A stretch of DNA of 18,117 bases from Polyangiaceae bacterium (lineage in GTDB: Bacteria > Myxococcota_A > Polyangia > Polyangiales > Polyangiaceae). The position numbers and the translations under genes were made by a program. Under the pieces are notes generated by a model. It saw nothing but the letters and a program-made list of their open reading frames with translations, was not told the origin of the DNA and made no database searches. Within the stretch, counting starts at the first letter, position 1, and each line of letters opens with the position of its first letter. The DNA lies in assembly GCA_044222475.1 (NCBI GenBank), contig JBGANF010000151.1, forward strand, positions 1 through 18,117, given 5' to 3'. Shown here piece by piece: positions 1 to 8,452 of the stretch.

Positions 1-697
1 CCCCGCACCCGCGGTAGAGGACGTGGCGCGCGGTCCACACCCCGACACCGCGGAGCTTCTCGAGCTGGTCGAGAGCTCGTTCCTCGGGGAGCGCGCGGAG
101 GACCTGCGGATCGAGCTTCCCCTCGAGCGCAGCGCGAGCGACGCCGTGCAGCCGAAGGAGCTTCTCCTCGCTCACGCCGGGGAAGCTCTTCACCGCGAGG
201 AGCTTCTTCGGCGCCGGCGCGGGGAAGAAGGTCCTTCCGAACCCGGTCACCACCGCGCCGGTGGCCTCGCTCATCTTGCGGCGAACCGACGCGGCGACCG
301 CCATCGACGTCCGCTGCGCGAGCACTCCCCACACCGCGGCCTCGTAGGGCGAAGGAAAGACGACCGGTCGAAAGCCGGGACGCCGCCGCAGCTGCGCCGC
401 GATCACGGGATCGCGCGCGCCGAGCGCGGCGAGCGGCGTGGCGTCGTGGTCGAGCGAGAGGACGCGGCCGAGCTGGGACGCGACCGCTTCGGACTCGGCG
501 TCGATCCGGACGACGCCGCCCTCGACGCGCGCAGCGGCGACGGTCGGCTCGAACCCGCCGTCGCCTAGAAACCCGAGGACGAGCTTTCCGTCCGCGTCGA
601 CGCCGGAGGTACCGGCCGCGGGGGTGAAGCCACAGAGGAACGACGACGACGTGGCGAGATCGAAGGGGCCGAGGGGGGCGATGGAGGTGGTGAGCAT
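1..697 (-). CDS. DNA-3-methyladenine glycosylase II (AlkA/HhH-GPD family), 3' end runs off the window
   Basis: Not in the ORF track. Manual translation of the minus strand from ATG at 697 is open to the window edge: MLTTSIAPLGPFDLATSSSFLCGF...SLDHD...RDPVIAAQLRRRPGFRPVVFPSPYEAAVWGVLAQRTS...AALEGKLDPQVLRALPEERALDQLEKLRGVGVWTARHVLYRGCG. The helix-hairpin-helix motif (LxxLxGVGxWTA) and the 'PYEAxxWxxLxQ' segment are typical of AlkA-like glycosylases. Confidence 0.85.
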   Translation of the reverse strand, partial: MLTTSIAPLGPFDLATSSSFLCGFTPAAGTSGVDADGKLVLGFLGDGGFEPTVAAARVEGGVVRIDAESEAVASQLGRVLSLDHDATPLAALGARDPVIAAQLRRRPGFRPVVFPSPYEAAVWGVLAQRTSMAVAASVRRKMSEATGAVVTGFGRTFFPAPAPKKLLAVKSFPGVSEEKLLRLHGVARAALEGKLDPQVLRALPEERALDQLEKLRGVGVWTARHVLYRGCG

Positions 698-733
698 CGG
701 GGAAGGATGGCGCCCCCGAATGTCAGCATAGTG

Positions 734-1507
734 TCATGTTTGATTCGGCCATTGGATCGTGGCCGACGTCGTGCCCAGCAGCCCGTTCGCGTCGAAGCCC
801 CGCTCCTCGACGTAGGCCGTCCCGCTCCGATGCACGAGGAGCACCGTCGAAGCGCGGGTCCCGTACTCGTCACCGATGATGTGCGCCGCGGAGAGCCGAC
901 GCTCCCACTCGATGGGCACGCCCGTCTCGGGAAGCATCGCGTCGTCCGCGAGCGAGCGGTCGGCGAGGATCTCGAAGAACGGCTCGGCGTTGGGGGTCAT
1001 CGGGCGCTCGAGGATCGCGTGGAGCTTGCGAAGCCCGTTCTCGACCTTGGGCCAGAACACGTCGATGCGGGCGTTCGAGAGCCCGTGGAGCCCGTCGGCG
1101 ATGCGCTCGACTCCGCGCCGATCGTCTCGGAGATAGGCGAGATCGAGCCCCCGACCGACGATCGCGTTGAACCCCGGATACTCCGCGCCATCCAGCGTCG
1201 ACGCGAACTCCTCGGGCGCGGCGTCCGACGCGAGCCAATCGCGAACCAGGAGACCGCGCGATCGCCCCTCGCGCTTCGACGCCGGATCGCGCACGTTCGT
1301 GACCGCCCCGAAGCGACCGCCGCGCGTGACGCCGAACCACGTGCCGAGCTTCTCGAGATCGCGACCGGCGAAGACTTGGCGCGCGTCGGGAGCATCCGAC
1401 CAGAACGCGGCCGGCGCGGTGGGACGCGCGCGAAACTCGTCGCGGTTGGCGAGCACGATCAGCGGAAGCTCTTCGTGCGCGCGGAGCGCGAGGAGCACGA
1501 GGCACAT
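734..1507 (-). CDS. NRDE-family (TANGO2-like) protein
   Basis: Start placed at the family-typical N-terminal 'MC' (MCLVLL, ATG at 1507). Motifs ANRDEFxxRPT, GRDL..GTWFG, SRGLLV, HGLSN..D..WPKV and YGTRASTV are present. Confidence 0.92.
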   Translation of the reverse strand: MCLVLLALRAHEELPLIVLANRDEFRARPTAPAAFWSDAPDARQVFAGRDLEKLGTWFGVTRGGRFGAVTNVRDPASKREGRSRGLLVRDWLASDAAPEEFASTLDGAEYPGFNAIVGRGLDLAYLRDDRRGVERIADGLHGLSNARIDVFWPKVENGLRKLHAILERPMTPNAEPFFEILADRSLADDAMLPETGVPIEWERRLSAAHIIGDEYGTRASTVLLVHRSGTAYVEERGFDANGLLGTTSATIQWPNQT

Positions 1508-1541
1508 GCCTCTCAGGTAGAGCTGGTAAGGTGCGCTGTCC

Positions 1542-2387
1542 ATGGGCACGTTTGGTCCCAGGACGGTGAAGACCGCGCGCTTCGCGGCGTGGATCGACGA
1601 GACCGGGCCCGAGTCCGTGCGGCCGGTCCTGTTCGTTCATGGATCGGGCCTCGCGGGTGCGTCGTGGCAGAAGACCCTCGCGGCGTTGGGCGCCGAGCGC
1701 CGCGCGCTCGTCCCCGATCTCCTGGGCTACGGCCGCAGCGATCCGGCACCGCGAGGCTCCGACGTCGGCGCCGACGACGATCTCGACGTGCTCGATCGCG
1801 TGACCGAGGATGTGCACGGTCCGGTCGACGTCGTCGCGCACTCGTACGGCGCCGTCCTCGCGGCGCGGCTCGCGCTGCGAGCCCCCGAGCGCGTCGGTGG
1901 CCTCGTCCTCGTGGAGCCGGTGATGTTCGCGCCGCTCCGCGACGAAGGCGACGACGCCGACGACGTCCGCGCAGAGCTCGCACGGCTGTACGACGATCCG
2001 CTCTTCCTCGACGAGGAGTTCGGGGGCACCGAGCCCTGGATGCAGCGGTTCTTCGACTACTGGTGGGGCGCCGGCGCGTGGGAGAAGCTCCCCGATCCCC
2101 ACCGGCGTGCGTCGATGCGCAACGCCTGGAAGATCTTCCGCGAGGTGAAGAGCATCTCGTCGAGCGACGAGCGCTTCGACGACTTCCGGCCGCTCGCGTC
2201 CGGTCGCTCGATCACCCTCGTGCGCGGTACGAGCACCACGGCCTGCGCGCGCGCGGTGATCACGCACCTCGCGCCGCGCTTGCCTGGGGCGAGCATCGTC
2301 GAGATCCCCGGCGCCGGACACATGAGCCCCATCACGCACGGCGCCGCCCTCGCCGAGATCGTTCGCGCTAGACTGCCGGCCCGATGA
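1542..2387 (+). CDS. Alpha/beta fold hydrolase
   Basis: LFVHG oxyanion segment, PDLLGYGRS, nucleophile elbow AHSYG, LVLVEP, and C-terminal catalytic His in IPGAGHM. Confidence 0.9.
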   Translation: MGTFGPRTVKTARFAAWIDETGPESVRPVLFVHGSGLAGASWQKTLAALGAERRALVPDLLGYGRSDPAPRGSDVGADDDLDVLDRVTEDVHGPVDVVAHSYGAVLAARLALRAPERVGGLVLVEPVMFAPLRDEGDDADDVRAELARLYDDPLFLDEEFGGTEPWMQRFFDYWWGAGAWEKLPDPHRRASMRNAWKIFREVKSISSSDERFDDFRPLASGRSITLVRGTSTTACARAVITHLAPRLPGASIVEIPGAGHMSPITHGAALAEIVRARLPAR

Positions 2388-3061
2388 AGCGCGCGCTCGT
2401 CTTTCTCGTCTTGCTCGATGTGGTGGCGTGCAGCACGTCGACACCGTCGGCTCCGCCCGACGCCGCCGAAGTCGATGGCGCGCTCGACGCGCCGCCGGCC
2501 GAAGCCGCCGTCGACTCCGGTCCCAATTTGGGACAATGCGCATCGACGTTCGGCAGCGCGCTCACCAACAAGACGTTCGGCTACGTCGACGGCACGCTGT
2601 TCGCCATCGTACGACCGCAGGATCAGCAGTGCCCGAAGCCCAACGGCACGCACCTGAACCTCCAGGTGAAGATGAAGGGCGACGTTTACCGGATGCTCGT
2701 CAACGTCCAGTCCGACCGAACCGGCGTCGACCCGAACGTCGCGTTCGCCGAGAAGACGCTCGCGAGCCCGCTCGCGCCGCCCTTCGCCGAGGGTTGGCAT
2801 ACCGGCGTCACCTTCGACTACGGCGCGGATTTGGGGCTGAAATCCACGGACTTCGTCGCGCAGCCCATCGCCACCCTGACCGACACGCTGGTCGCCAAGG
2901 TCGTCGTCGGCGACCCGATTCGGGTCTATGCCACGGGGTTTCTCGAAGGCGGCCACCTGATCCACCGGAATGGCTCGGGAAACGACGGCGTGGTCGTGGT
3001 GGCCCCCACCACGGCGGCGCCGATCGCCCTCGCGTTCCGCTTCGCCGACCAGTCCTTCTGA
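2384..3061 (+). CDS. Secreted lipoprotein, divergent DUF2278/YukJ-like domain
   Basis: Signal peptide with lipobox-like VVAC, ATGA overlap with the upstream hydrolase, and an Ala/Pro/Asp linker. Motifs HLNL..YRMLVNVQS, FDY, GHLIHRNG..DG and AFRFADQSF resemble DUF2278 as recalled. Confidence 0.7.
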   Translation: MKRALVFLVLLDVVACSTSTPSAPPDAAEVDGALDAPPAEAAVDSGPNLGQCASTFGSALTNKTFGYVDGTLFAIVRPQDQQCPKPNGTHLNLQVKMKGDVYRMLVNVQSDRTGVDPNVAFAEKTLASPLAPPFAEGWHTGVTFDYGADLGLKSTDFVAQPIATLTDTLVAKVVVGDPIRVYATGFLEGGHLIHRNGSGNDGVVVVAPTTAAPIALAFRFADQSF

Positions 3062-3134
3062 CCGCCGTTTCAGGCCACTTTTTGGCCATCTCACGCTTGC
3101 AGCGGCGACGCTTGAGCGCTACGACACGCCCACC

Positions 3135-4502
3135 ATGCGTACCCGTACCTACCTCCTTGTCCTCCCGTTCCTCGCAATGGCGTGCTCGTCCGATCCCGCG
3201 GTCACTCCGACCGACGCCGGGCCGGACGCGAAGCCGAAAGACGGTGGCTCCGACGCGACGCCGCCGCCGGACATCTCGGGTACGACCGCGTTCGACATCA
3301 CCGTCGTCTCGAACACCTGGGGCGTTCCGGACAACGACACCGATCCGGGCACGCCGCAAGCCGGCGTCGAGGTGCGGCTCGAGAACGAGGCCGGTGGCTT
3401 CCTCGAGGCGACGACCGATTCGAGCGGCAAGGCGACGATCAAGGCCGACGCAACGAAGGGTCCGTTCGACGTGACCGTCGCGAAGACCGGCGTCGGAGCG
3501 GCCTCCGTGCTCGGCGTGAAGGCGCCCGCCGATCTCACGAAGAAGATCTGGCTTCCCATCCCGTTCGTCCAGAAGTCGTACTCGATGGCCGGCGCGCTCA
3601 ACGGCAAGAAGTCCGCCGCGAACGACGTCCTCATCGACGCGCCCTGGTTCGAGACCGCGTTCCCGAAGCCGAACGCGACGACCTACGGCTCGCGCCACAT
3701 CTACGTCGACGCGGATCCGACCGACGTCACCGTGGCCGCCATCGAGGTCGACTCGACCAAGACCGCCGTGAACGCCGTCATGATGCCGGCGGTCAAGCGC
3801 ACGCAGAGCGCGATGACGATCGACGTGACGTTCCCGAGCGTCGCAGTCACCCCGACGATCGCCAACCTCAAGATCAACGTGCCGAGCACCGGCGTCCTCA
3901 CCGGCGCCGACATCACGAACGTCGGTCAATCCGGCTTCCCGGCGTACAGCAACGCGATCGTCCTCAAGCTCGCGGGCAAGAGCGCGGTCTACGTCGGCCT
4001 CGGCGTCATCACCAAGCCGGTGGCGAACGTCGCCAACTTCAAGATCCAGACGTTCGGCGGCGCACTCACCCCGGACGTCGCCTACGCCGACATGAACAAC
4101 GGCGCCGGCCTCGGTATCCGCGCGTTCTTCCACACCCTGACCGACGCGACCGCCGTCACCATCCCGCCGATCCAAAAGCTCGAGGCGACGGGTACGTCGC
4201 TCGCCGACGCGACCGTCACCTTCGACAGCACCGGGTACGACTACGTCGTCGGGTCGCTCTACGACGACGCCGCCAAGGACAGCCCGTGGGTCCTCTACGC
4301 GGTCGGCTCCAGCCTGACGGCGCACAAGATCCCGCACCTCCCGAGCAAGGTCCAGCTCTCCTCGCTCACCTCCGCGTCCGATCTGATCCTCGGCATCACC
4401 CTCGTGAAGTCGTCGAAGAAGCCCAAGGACTACAGCGACGTCGGTGGCTACGTCCTCGACGCGAGCGCGTCGAGCGGCGCGCAGGTCACCGCGGCGTTCT
4501 GA
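3135..4502 (+). CDS. Secreted Thr/Val-rich lipoprotein with an N-terminal carboxypeptidase-regulatory-like (prealbumin-fold) beta module
   Basis: MRTRTYLLVLPFLAMAC signal and lipobox, strong GC3 codon bias. GVEVRL...ATTDSSGKATI...GPFDVTVAKTG fits a CarboxypepD_reg-like pattern. The remainder is beta-rich with no recognised function. Confidence 0.75.
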   Translation: MRTRTYLLVLPFLAMACSSDPAVTPTDAGPDAKPKDGGSDATPPPDISGTTAFDITVVSNTWGVPDNDTDPGTPQAGVEVRLENEAGGFLEATTDSSGKATIKADATKGPFDVTVAKTGVGAASVLGVKAPADLTKKIWLPIPFVQKSYSMAGALNGKKSAANDVLIDAPWFETAFPKPNATTYGSRHIYVDADPTDVTVAAIEVDSTKTAVNAVMMPAVKRTQSAMTIDVTFPSVAVTPTIANLKINVPSTGVLTGADITNVGQSGFPAYSNAIVLKLAGKSAVYVGLGVITKPVANVANFKIQTFGGALTPDVAYADMNNGAGLGIRAFFHTLTDATAVTIPPIQKLEATGTSLADATVTFDSTGYDYVVGSLYDDAAKDSPWVLYAVGSSLTAHKIPHLPSKVQLSSLTSASDLILGITLVKSSKKPKDYSDVGGYVLDASASSGAQVTAAF

Positions 4503-5277
4503 GACGATCGCCCAAGGTCCGGATCCAATCCGGCCCGGTCCCACAGCAGGCGCCGAGGATCTCGGCGCCTGCGTCGGCCCACGTTCGAGCAAACGCGGCG
4601 TAGTCGTCCGGTCTCACTTCGGGGCCGTTCCACTCCGCCGCGTTCGCGTATGCGCCCGACGGCACGCCGAGTCCGGTGATCGCGTCGACGTAGGGCAACG
4701 TCCGCGAAGCGGCGACGCAGTTGACGAGGACGGCGCTCGCCCCCGCGTCGATGCAGCGCTTCGCCGCGTCTCGCATCTGAGCGGGCGTCATGAGCTCGGC
4801 GCTCGGACCTGCCGTCAGCGCGACCCACGTCGGCTTGCCGGTGCGCACGCACTCCTCGACGGCAACCGCCGCCTCGTGCGGGGCCGCGAACGCCTCGCAG
4901 ACGAAGCCGTCGACCTTGGGGGCCAAGTGCTGGGCAATCTCCCGGTGCTCGGCGCGGGATTGCTCGCCGGGGCTGAGATCGGGCCGGTAGCAGTCGAAGA
5001 TCGGGCCGACGCTCCCCAAGAGGACGTTCGGACGAGCGCCTCGCGCGATGTCCACCGCCGCCGACGCGAGCTCGCGCCAGCGCGCTCCGACGTTGCGCAG
5101 ACGAGTGCGGAACGTGTTCGCGCGATGGTGCGTGCACCCGTGCTCCATGTACTCTGCATGTATTCGCGCGAGGATCCCCGGGGCCAGGTCGATCGCTCGC
5201 GCGCTCCATGCGTCACCGCGAGTGTCCACTCCCCGGCGCGTGAGCTCTGACCCTGTAGGGCCGTCGAGGAAGATCAA
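4486..5277 (-). CDS. Homocysteine S-methyltransferase family protein (MmuM/BHMT-like, Zn-binding)
   Basis: LDGxxGSEL, WSA, IHxEY..G..ANTF, GSVGP, VNC, YAN and GACCGTGP (three Zn-ligand Cys). TTG start overlaps the msrA stop (TTGA). 3' end overlaps the convergent lipoprotein gene by 17 bp. Confidence 0.9.
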   Translation of the reverse strand: MIFLDGPTGSELTRRGVDTRGDAWSARAIDLAPGILARIHAEYMEHGCTHHRANTFRTRLRNVGARWRELASAAVDIARGARPNVLLGSVGPIFDCYRPDLSPGEQSRAEHREIAQHLAPKVDGFVCEAFAAPHEAAVAVEECVRTGKPTWVALTAGPSAELMTPAQMRDAAKRCIDAGASAVLVNCVAASRTLPYVDAITGLGVPSGAYANAAEWNGPEVRPDDYAAFARTWADAGAEILGACCGTGPDWIRTLGDRLRTPR

Positions 5278-5921
5278 CTGGTCACGCGCAAGGGGACCGG
5301 ACAGCTGACCCCGGTGCCTCCGAGGCCGCAGTAGCCGTCAGGGTTCTTCGCCAGATACTGCTGGTGGTACTCCTCCGCGAAGTAGAACTCGGGCGCGGGG
5401 AGGATCTCGGTCGTGATGGCGCCGTAGCCGGCGCCGCGCAGCTCTTTCTCGTAGGCGGCGCGCGAGGCCTCGGCGGCGGCCTTCTGCGCGTCGCCGAAGG
5501 CGTAGATCCCAGAACGGTACTGCGTTCCGGAGTCGTTCCCTTGGCGCATGCCTTGGGTCGGGTCGTGGCTCTCCCAGAAGACGCGAAGAAGCTCCTCGTA
5601 CGTGATGACGGCGGGATCGAACACGACCCGCACCACCTCGTTGTGGCCCGTCATCCCGGTGCACACTTCCTTGTACGTCGGGTTCTTGGTGTACCCGGCG
5701 GCGTAGCCGACCTGGGTGGAGTAGACGCCCTTCGTCTTCCAGAACGCTTTCTCGGCACCCCAGAAGCAGCCGAGACCGAACATCGCGATCTCCTTGCCGG
5801 GGAACGGCCCCTCGAGCGGGTTCCCGTTCACGAAGTGCTTCGATGGGACGGCCATCCGCTCGTCGCGCCCCGGCAGGGCGTCCTCCGGGCTCGGCATGCG
5901 GGATTTGGCGAACGACAGCAT
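5274..5921 (-). CDS. msrA: Peptide-methionine (S)-S-oxide reductase
   Basis: GCFWG active site, [16 protein letters not shown], [19 protein letters not shown], and C-terminal [13 protein letters not shown] resolving cysteines. Start ATG at 5921 overlaps the upstream stop (TGATG). Confidence 0.97.
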   Translation of the reverse strand: MLSFAKSRMPSPEDALPGRDERMAVPSKHFVNGNPLEGPFPGKEIAMFGLGCFWGAEKAFWKTKGVYSTQVGYAAGYTKNPTYKEVCTGMTGHNEVVRVVFDPAVITYEELLRVFWESHDPTQGMRQGNDSGTQYRSGIYAFGDAQKAAAEASRAAYEKELRGAGYGAITTEILPAPEFYFAEEYHQQYLAKNPDGYCGLGGTGVSCPVPLRVTS

Positions 5922-6298
5922 CAGTTGGGGGCTCCTGCTTTCGGGGCGAACACCGTGTCCCAGTTCGCACGGTACTCGCGAGTCGCCACCTGTGCGGGAC
6001 CCTTCTTGGTCGACGCGGCGGCTTCCGAGCGTCGATGATACATCGATTCGACCTCGTAGAGAGGTACGCCGTTCGCGCCGATCGGTTTCATGCGCACGAT
6101 CTCCGCGTCCTCCGCGAGCGGCGCGCCCGAGACGAGCGCTCGCACCTCGCCGGCCTGCACGGTGTCCCCTCGCACGCGCAGAATCCGCGCTCCCGCCGCG
6201 TCTTCGGTCGGTCCGGTCACGATCGCCCAGTCGCCGGGCGGCGCCTCGGGTGCCACCGCGGCGGGTGGTGCGTCGGGCGGCGCGGCCGGCTTGGTCAT
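5921..6298 (-). CDS. Hypothetical protein (125 aa)
   Basis: [12 protein letters not shown]...[31 protein letters not shown] coupling to msrA, and its 3' end supplies the AGGAG ribosome-binding site for msrA. Confidence 0.7.
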   Translation of the reverse strand: MTKPAAPPDAPPAAVAPEAPPGDWAIVTGPTEDAAGARILRVRGDTVQAGEVRALVSGAPLAEDAEIVRMKPIGANGVPLYEVESMYHRRSEAAASTKKGPAQVATREYRANWDTVFAPKAGAPN

Positions 6299-6397
6299 GA
6301 TGGCAAGATAACTCGCGTGGCCATGGGGGCAACACGGCTCGGCTTGCGGGAAGCGCCCCGAGACGATAATTATGGCTGCCCAGCCAAGGAGATTGAG

Positions 6398-6817
6398 ATG
6401 ACTCGCTTTTCGTGGAAGTTCGCGTTCGCGCTCGCTGCGCTCGTCGTCGCGTGCGGCGGCCCGCTGAAGTACCAGGTCGCTTCGACCGACAAGGCGAAGG
6501 GGGCCGATGCCACCATCAAAGCCGAGGCCAAGACCGCAGAGCACCAGATGGTGCTGTCGATCGATGCCGTGAACCTCGCGCCGCCGGCGCGCATCACCGA
6601 CGGCGCGAAGGCGTTCGTCGTGTGGGGGCGGAAAAACTCGGCCGCTCAGTGGGGTCGCATGGGCAACTTCACCTACGACGACGGCGCCCGAAGCGGAAAG
6701 TTCAACGGGACCTACCCCGAGCTCGAGTTCGATCTCGAGATCAGCGTCGAGAAGGACGACAACGCCGGCTCGCCGAGCGCAGACGTCATCTTCTCGCAGC
6801 ACATCGGCCCGCCCTGA
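6398..6817 (+). CDS. Small lipoprotein with an anti-sigma factor RskA C-terminal-like domain
   Basis: AAGGAG RBS at 6386-6391 and lipobox VVAC. Pattern LAPP...FVVW...G...F...ISVE...PS..VI resembles the RskA extracytoplasmic domain as recalled. Confidence 0.7.
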   Translation: MTRFSWKFAFALAALVVACGGPLKYQVASTDKAKGADATIKAEAKTAEHQMVLSIDAVNLAPPARITDGAKAFVVWGRKNSAAQWGRMGNFTYDDGARSGKFNGTYPELEFDLEISVEKDDNAGSPSADVIFSQHIGPP

Positions 6818-6823
6818 GCCGCG

Positions 6824-8452
6824 TCAGCCGCGCGCTTTTTTGACCGCGAGGACGAGCCGCTTGATGCGCTCGTCGTCCGGCGCGCTCGCGAGCGCCTTCG
6901 TCGACTCGGCGGAGGCGCGCTCGAGCAGCCCCGCCGCGAGATAGGCCTCTGCCAGCGTGATCCGGTAGCTCGTGTTCCGGGGCTCGGCGGTGACCGCGAA
7001 CTCCGCCAGCGACACCGCGCGACGAAGGTCGCCGCCGCTCATCCGGAGAGCGTGGGACGCACGATCGGCGAGCTCCGCCGACGGCCGTGCTTGGTGCGCC
7101 TTGGCGTACTCGAAGGCCGCGTCCGCCCAGCGTTGGTCGCGCTCTGCCGCGCGCGCGCGGCCCAGGCTCAGCTCGGAGCGACGCTGCTTCGCGAGCTCGT
7201 CGACCTGTTCGAGCTTGGCACGGATCACCGGATCGTCGGAGTTCTCGAGCGCGAGCCGGTAGTTGTTCGCCGCCGCGATGACGTCGTTCGCGCGCAGCGC
7301 CTCGTCCGCAGCCTGAACGAAGATCTCGACACGTCGCTGGACCTCCGCACGCGACATCGATCCCGGCGCGCCGCTCATGGACCGAGGCGCGCCGCTCATG
7401 GACCGAGGCGCGCCGCTCATGGGTCGCGGCGCGGCGCTCGTCGCCGGCTTCGGCGGGTGACTCCTCATCGCCGGCGCGAGCATCTTCTTCGGCCGCAGCA
7501 GCGCGACGATGGCCTTGATCTGCTTGCTTGCTCGCTTCGGGGGCATCGTGTGCGCCTTCGGCGGAGACTTCGACGCGCGAGGCGGCGCGGACGGTGCTTT
7601 GGAGACGCGGACCGACGGCGCCTTCGACGAGCGCGAGCTCGGAGGCGCCTTGGATGCGCGCGACGACGGCGGCTTGGAGGACACTCGTACACGAGGCGCG
7701 GGCGGAAGCTTCGCGTCGTAGGCTTCGCGCCGCGCGCGATCGGTGAGGACGTCGTGGGCCTCGGTGATCCGCGAGAAGACGCGCTCGAGAATGGGCCGCA
7801 CGTGCCCGAGCTTCTTCTTGAAGAAGCGATCCGGATGAAACTTGGACGCGAGGGCGAAATACGCGTTCTTGATCGCCTTGCGCTCCGCGCCGCGATCGAC
7901 GCCGAGGAGCGCGTAGTGGTCGTGGGTCGCGAGGGTCCGATCGAAGGCGGTGATCTTGGCGACGGTTGCGTCATCGAGCTCGCAGACCTCGTCGATGGCT
8001 TTCGGCGGCTTCGGCGCGACGGTCACGGCCTTCACGTGGATGGACTTGCGCGGCGGGCGGAGCGACGACTGCTTCTCCGCTCGCGGGTCGTGACGCGGCG
8101 GGCGGAGCGACGACTGCTTCTCCGCTCGCGGGTCGTGACGCGGCGGGCGGAGCGACGAGTCCTTCTCGGCGCGCGGATCGTGACGCGGCGGGCGAAGCGA
8201 CGAGTCTTTCTCGGCACGAGGGTCGTGACGTGCCGGCCTGGCCGAGCTCCTCGTCGAAGCGGACACCGCGCCCATCTCGACGAGGCGTCGAGCCAAGCGA
8301 ATCGCGTTGTCGACGTCGTAGAACGAGAGCTCGGCGACCTCGAACAGCTTCAGCTTGCCGTCGACCTGCGAAAGGAAGAACGCCTCGAGCGCGGTCAGTG
8401 GCAACCGCGTCACGTCGCAGGGCTCCGGGTGAAGGATCGTGTTCTTGTCCAT
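6824..8452 (-). CDS. J-domain (DnaJ) protein with N-terminal winged-helix-like module, low-complexity linkers and C-terminal TPR-like repeats
   Basis: DHYALLGVDRGAERKAIKNAYFALASKFHPDRF..F..ITEAHDVLTD..R..YD is a J-domain with an intact HPD motif. C-terminal helical repeats (EPRNTSYRITLAEAYLAAG) are TPR-like. The start overlaps the upstream stop (TGATG at 8450-8454). Confidence 0.88.
   Translation of the reverse strand: MDKNTILHPEPCDVTRLPLTALEAFFLSQVDGKLKLFEVAELSFYDVDNAIRLARRLVEMGAVSASTRSSARPARHDPRAEKDSSLRPPRHDPRAEKDSSLRPPRHDPRAEKQSSLRPPRHDPRAEKQSSLRPPRKSIHVKAVTVAPKPPKAIDEVCELDDATVAKITAFDRTLATHDHYALLGVDRGAERKAIKNAYFALASKFHPDRFFKKKLGHVRPILERVFSRITEAHDVLTDRARREAYDAKLPPAPRVRVSSKPPSSRASKAPPSSRSSKAPSVRVSKAPSAPPRASKSPPKAHTMPPKRASKQIKAIVALLRPKKMLAPAMRSHPPKPATSAAPRPMSGAPRSMSGAPRSMSGAPGSMSRAEVQRRVEIFVQAADEALRANDVIAAANNYRLALENSDDPVIRAKLEQVDELAKQRRSELSLGRARAAERDQRWADAAFEYAKAHQARPSAELADRASHALRMSGGDLRRAVSLAEFAVTAEPRNTSYRITLAEAYLAAGLLERASAESTKALASAPDDERIKRLVLAVKKARG
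7365..7427. repeat. Intragenic 21-bp tandem repeat x3 (peptide RSMSGAP)
   Basis: GGCGCGCCGCTCATGGACCGA at 7365-7385 and 7386-7406 (identical), with a variant copy at 7407-7427. Confidence 0.9.
8051..8230. repeat. Intragenic 45-bp tandem repeat x4 (peptide RHDPRAEK[D/Q]SSLRPP)
   Basis: Units at 8051-8095 and 8096-8140 are identical. Units at 8141-8185 and 8186-8230 are diverged, mostly at synonymous positions. Confidence 0.95.

Noticed and set aside
23..568. 181-aa plus-strand ORF at the window start
   Set aside because: It is antisense to the AlkA-like glycosylase, which has clear motifs but is missing from the track because it lacks a stop in the window.
3073..3087. Small hairpin GGCCA-ctttt-TGGCC after the 2384-3061 gene as a terminator
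   Set aside because: Only a 5-bp stem with no downstream U-tract, too weak to call.
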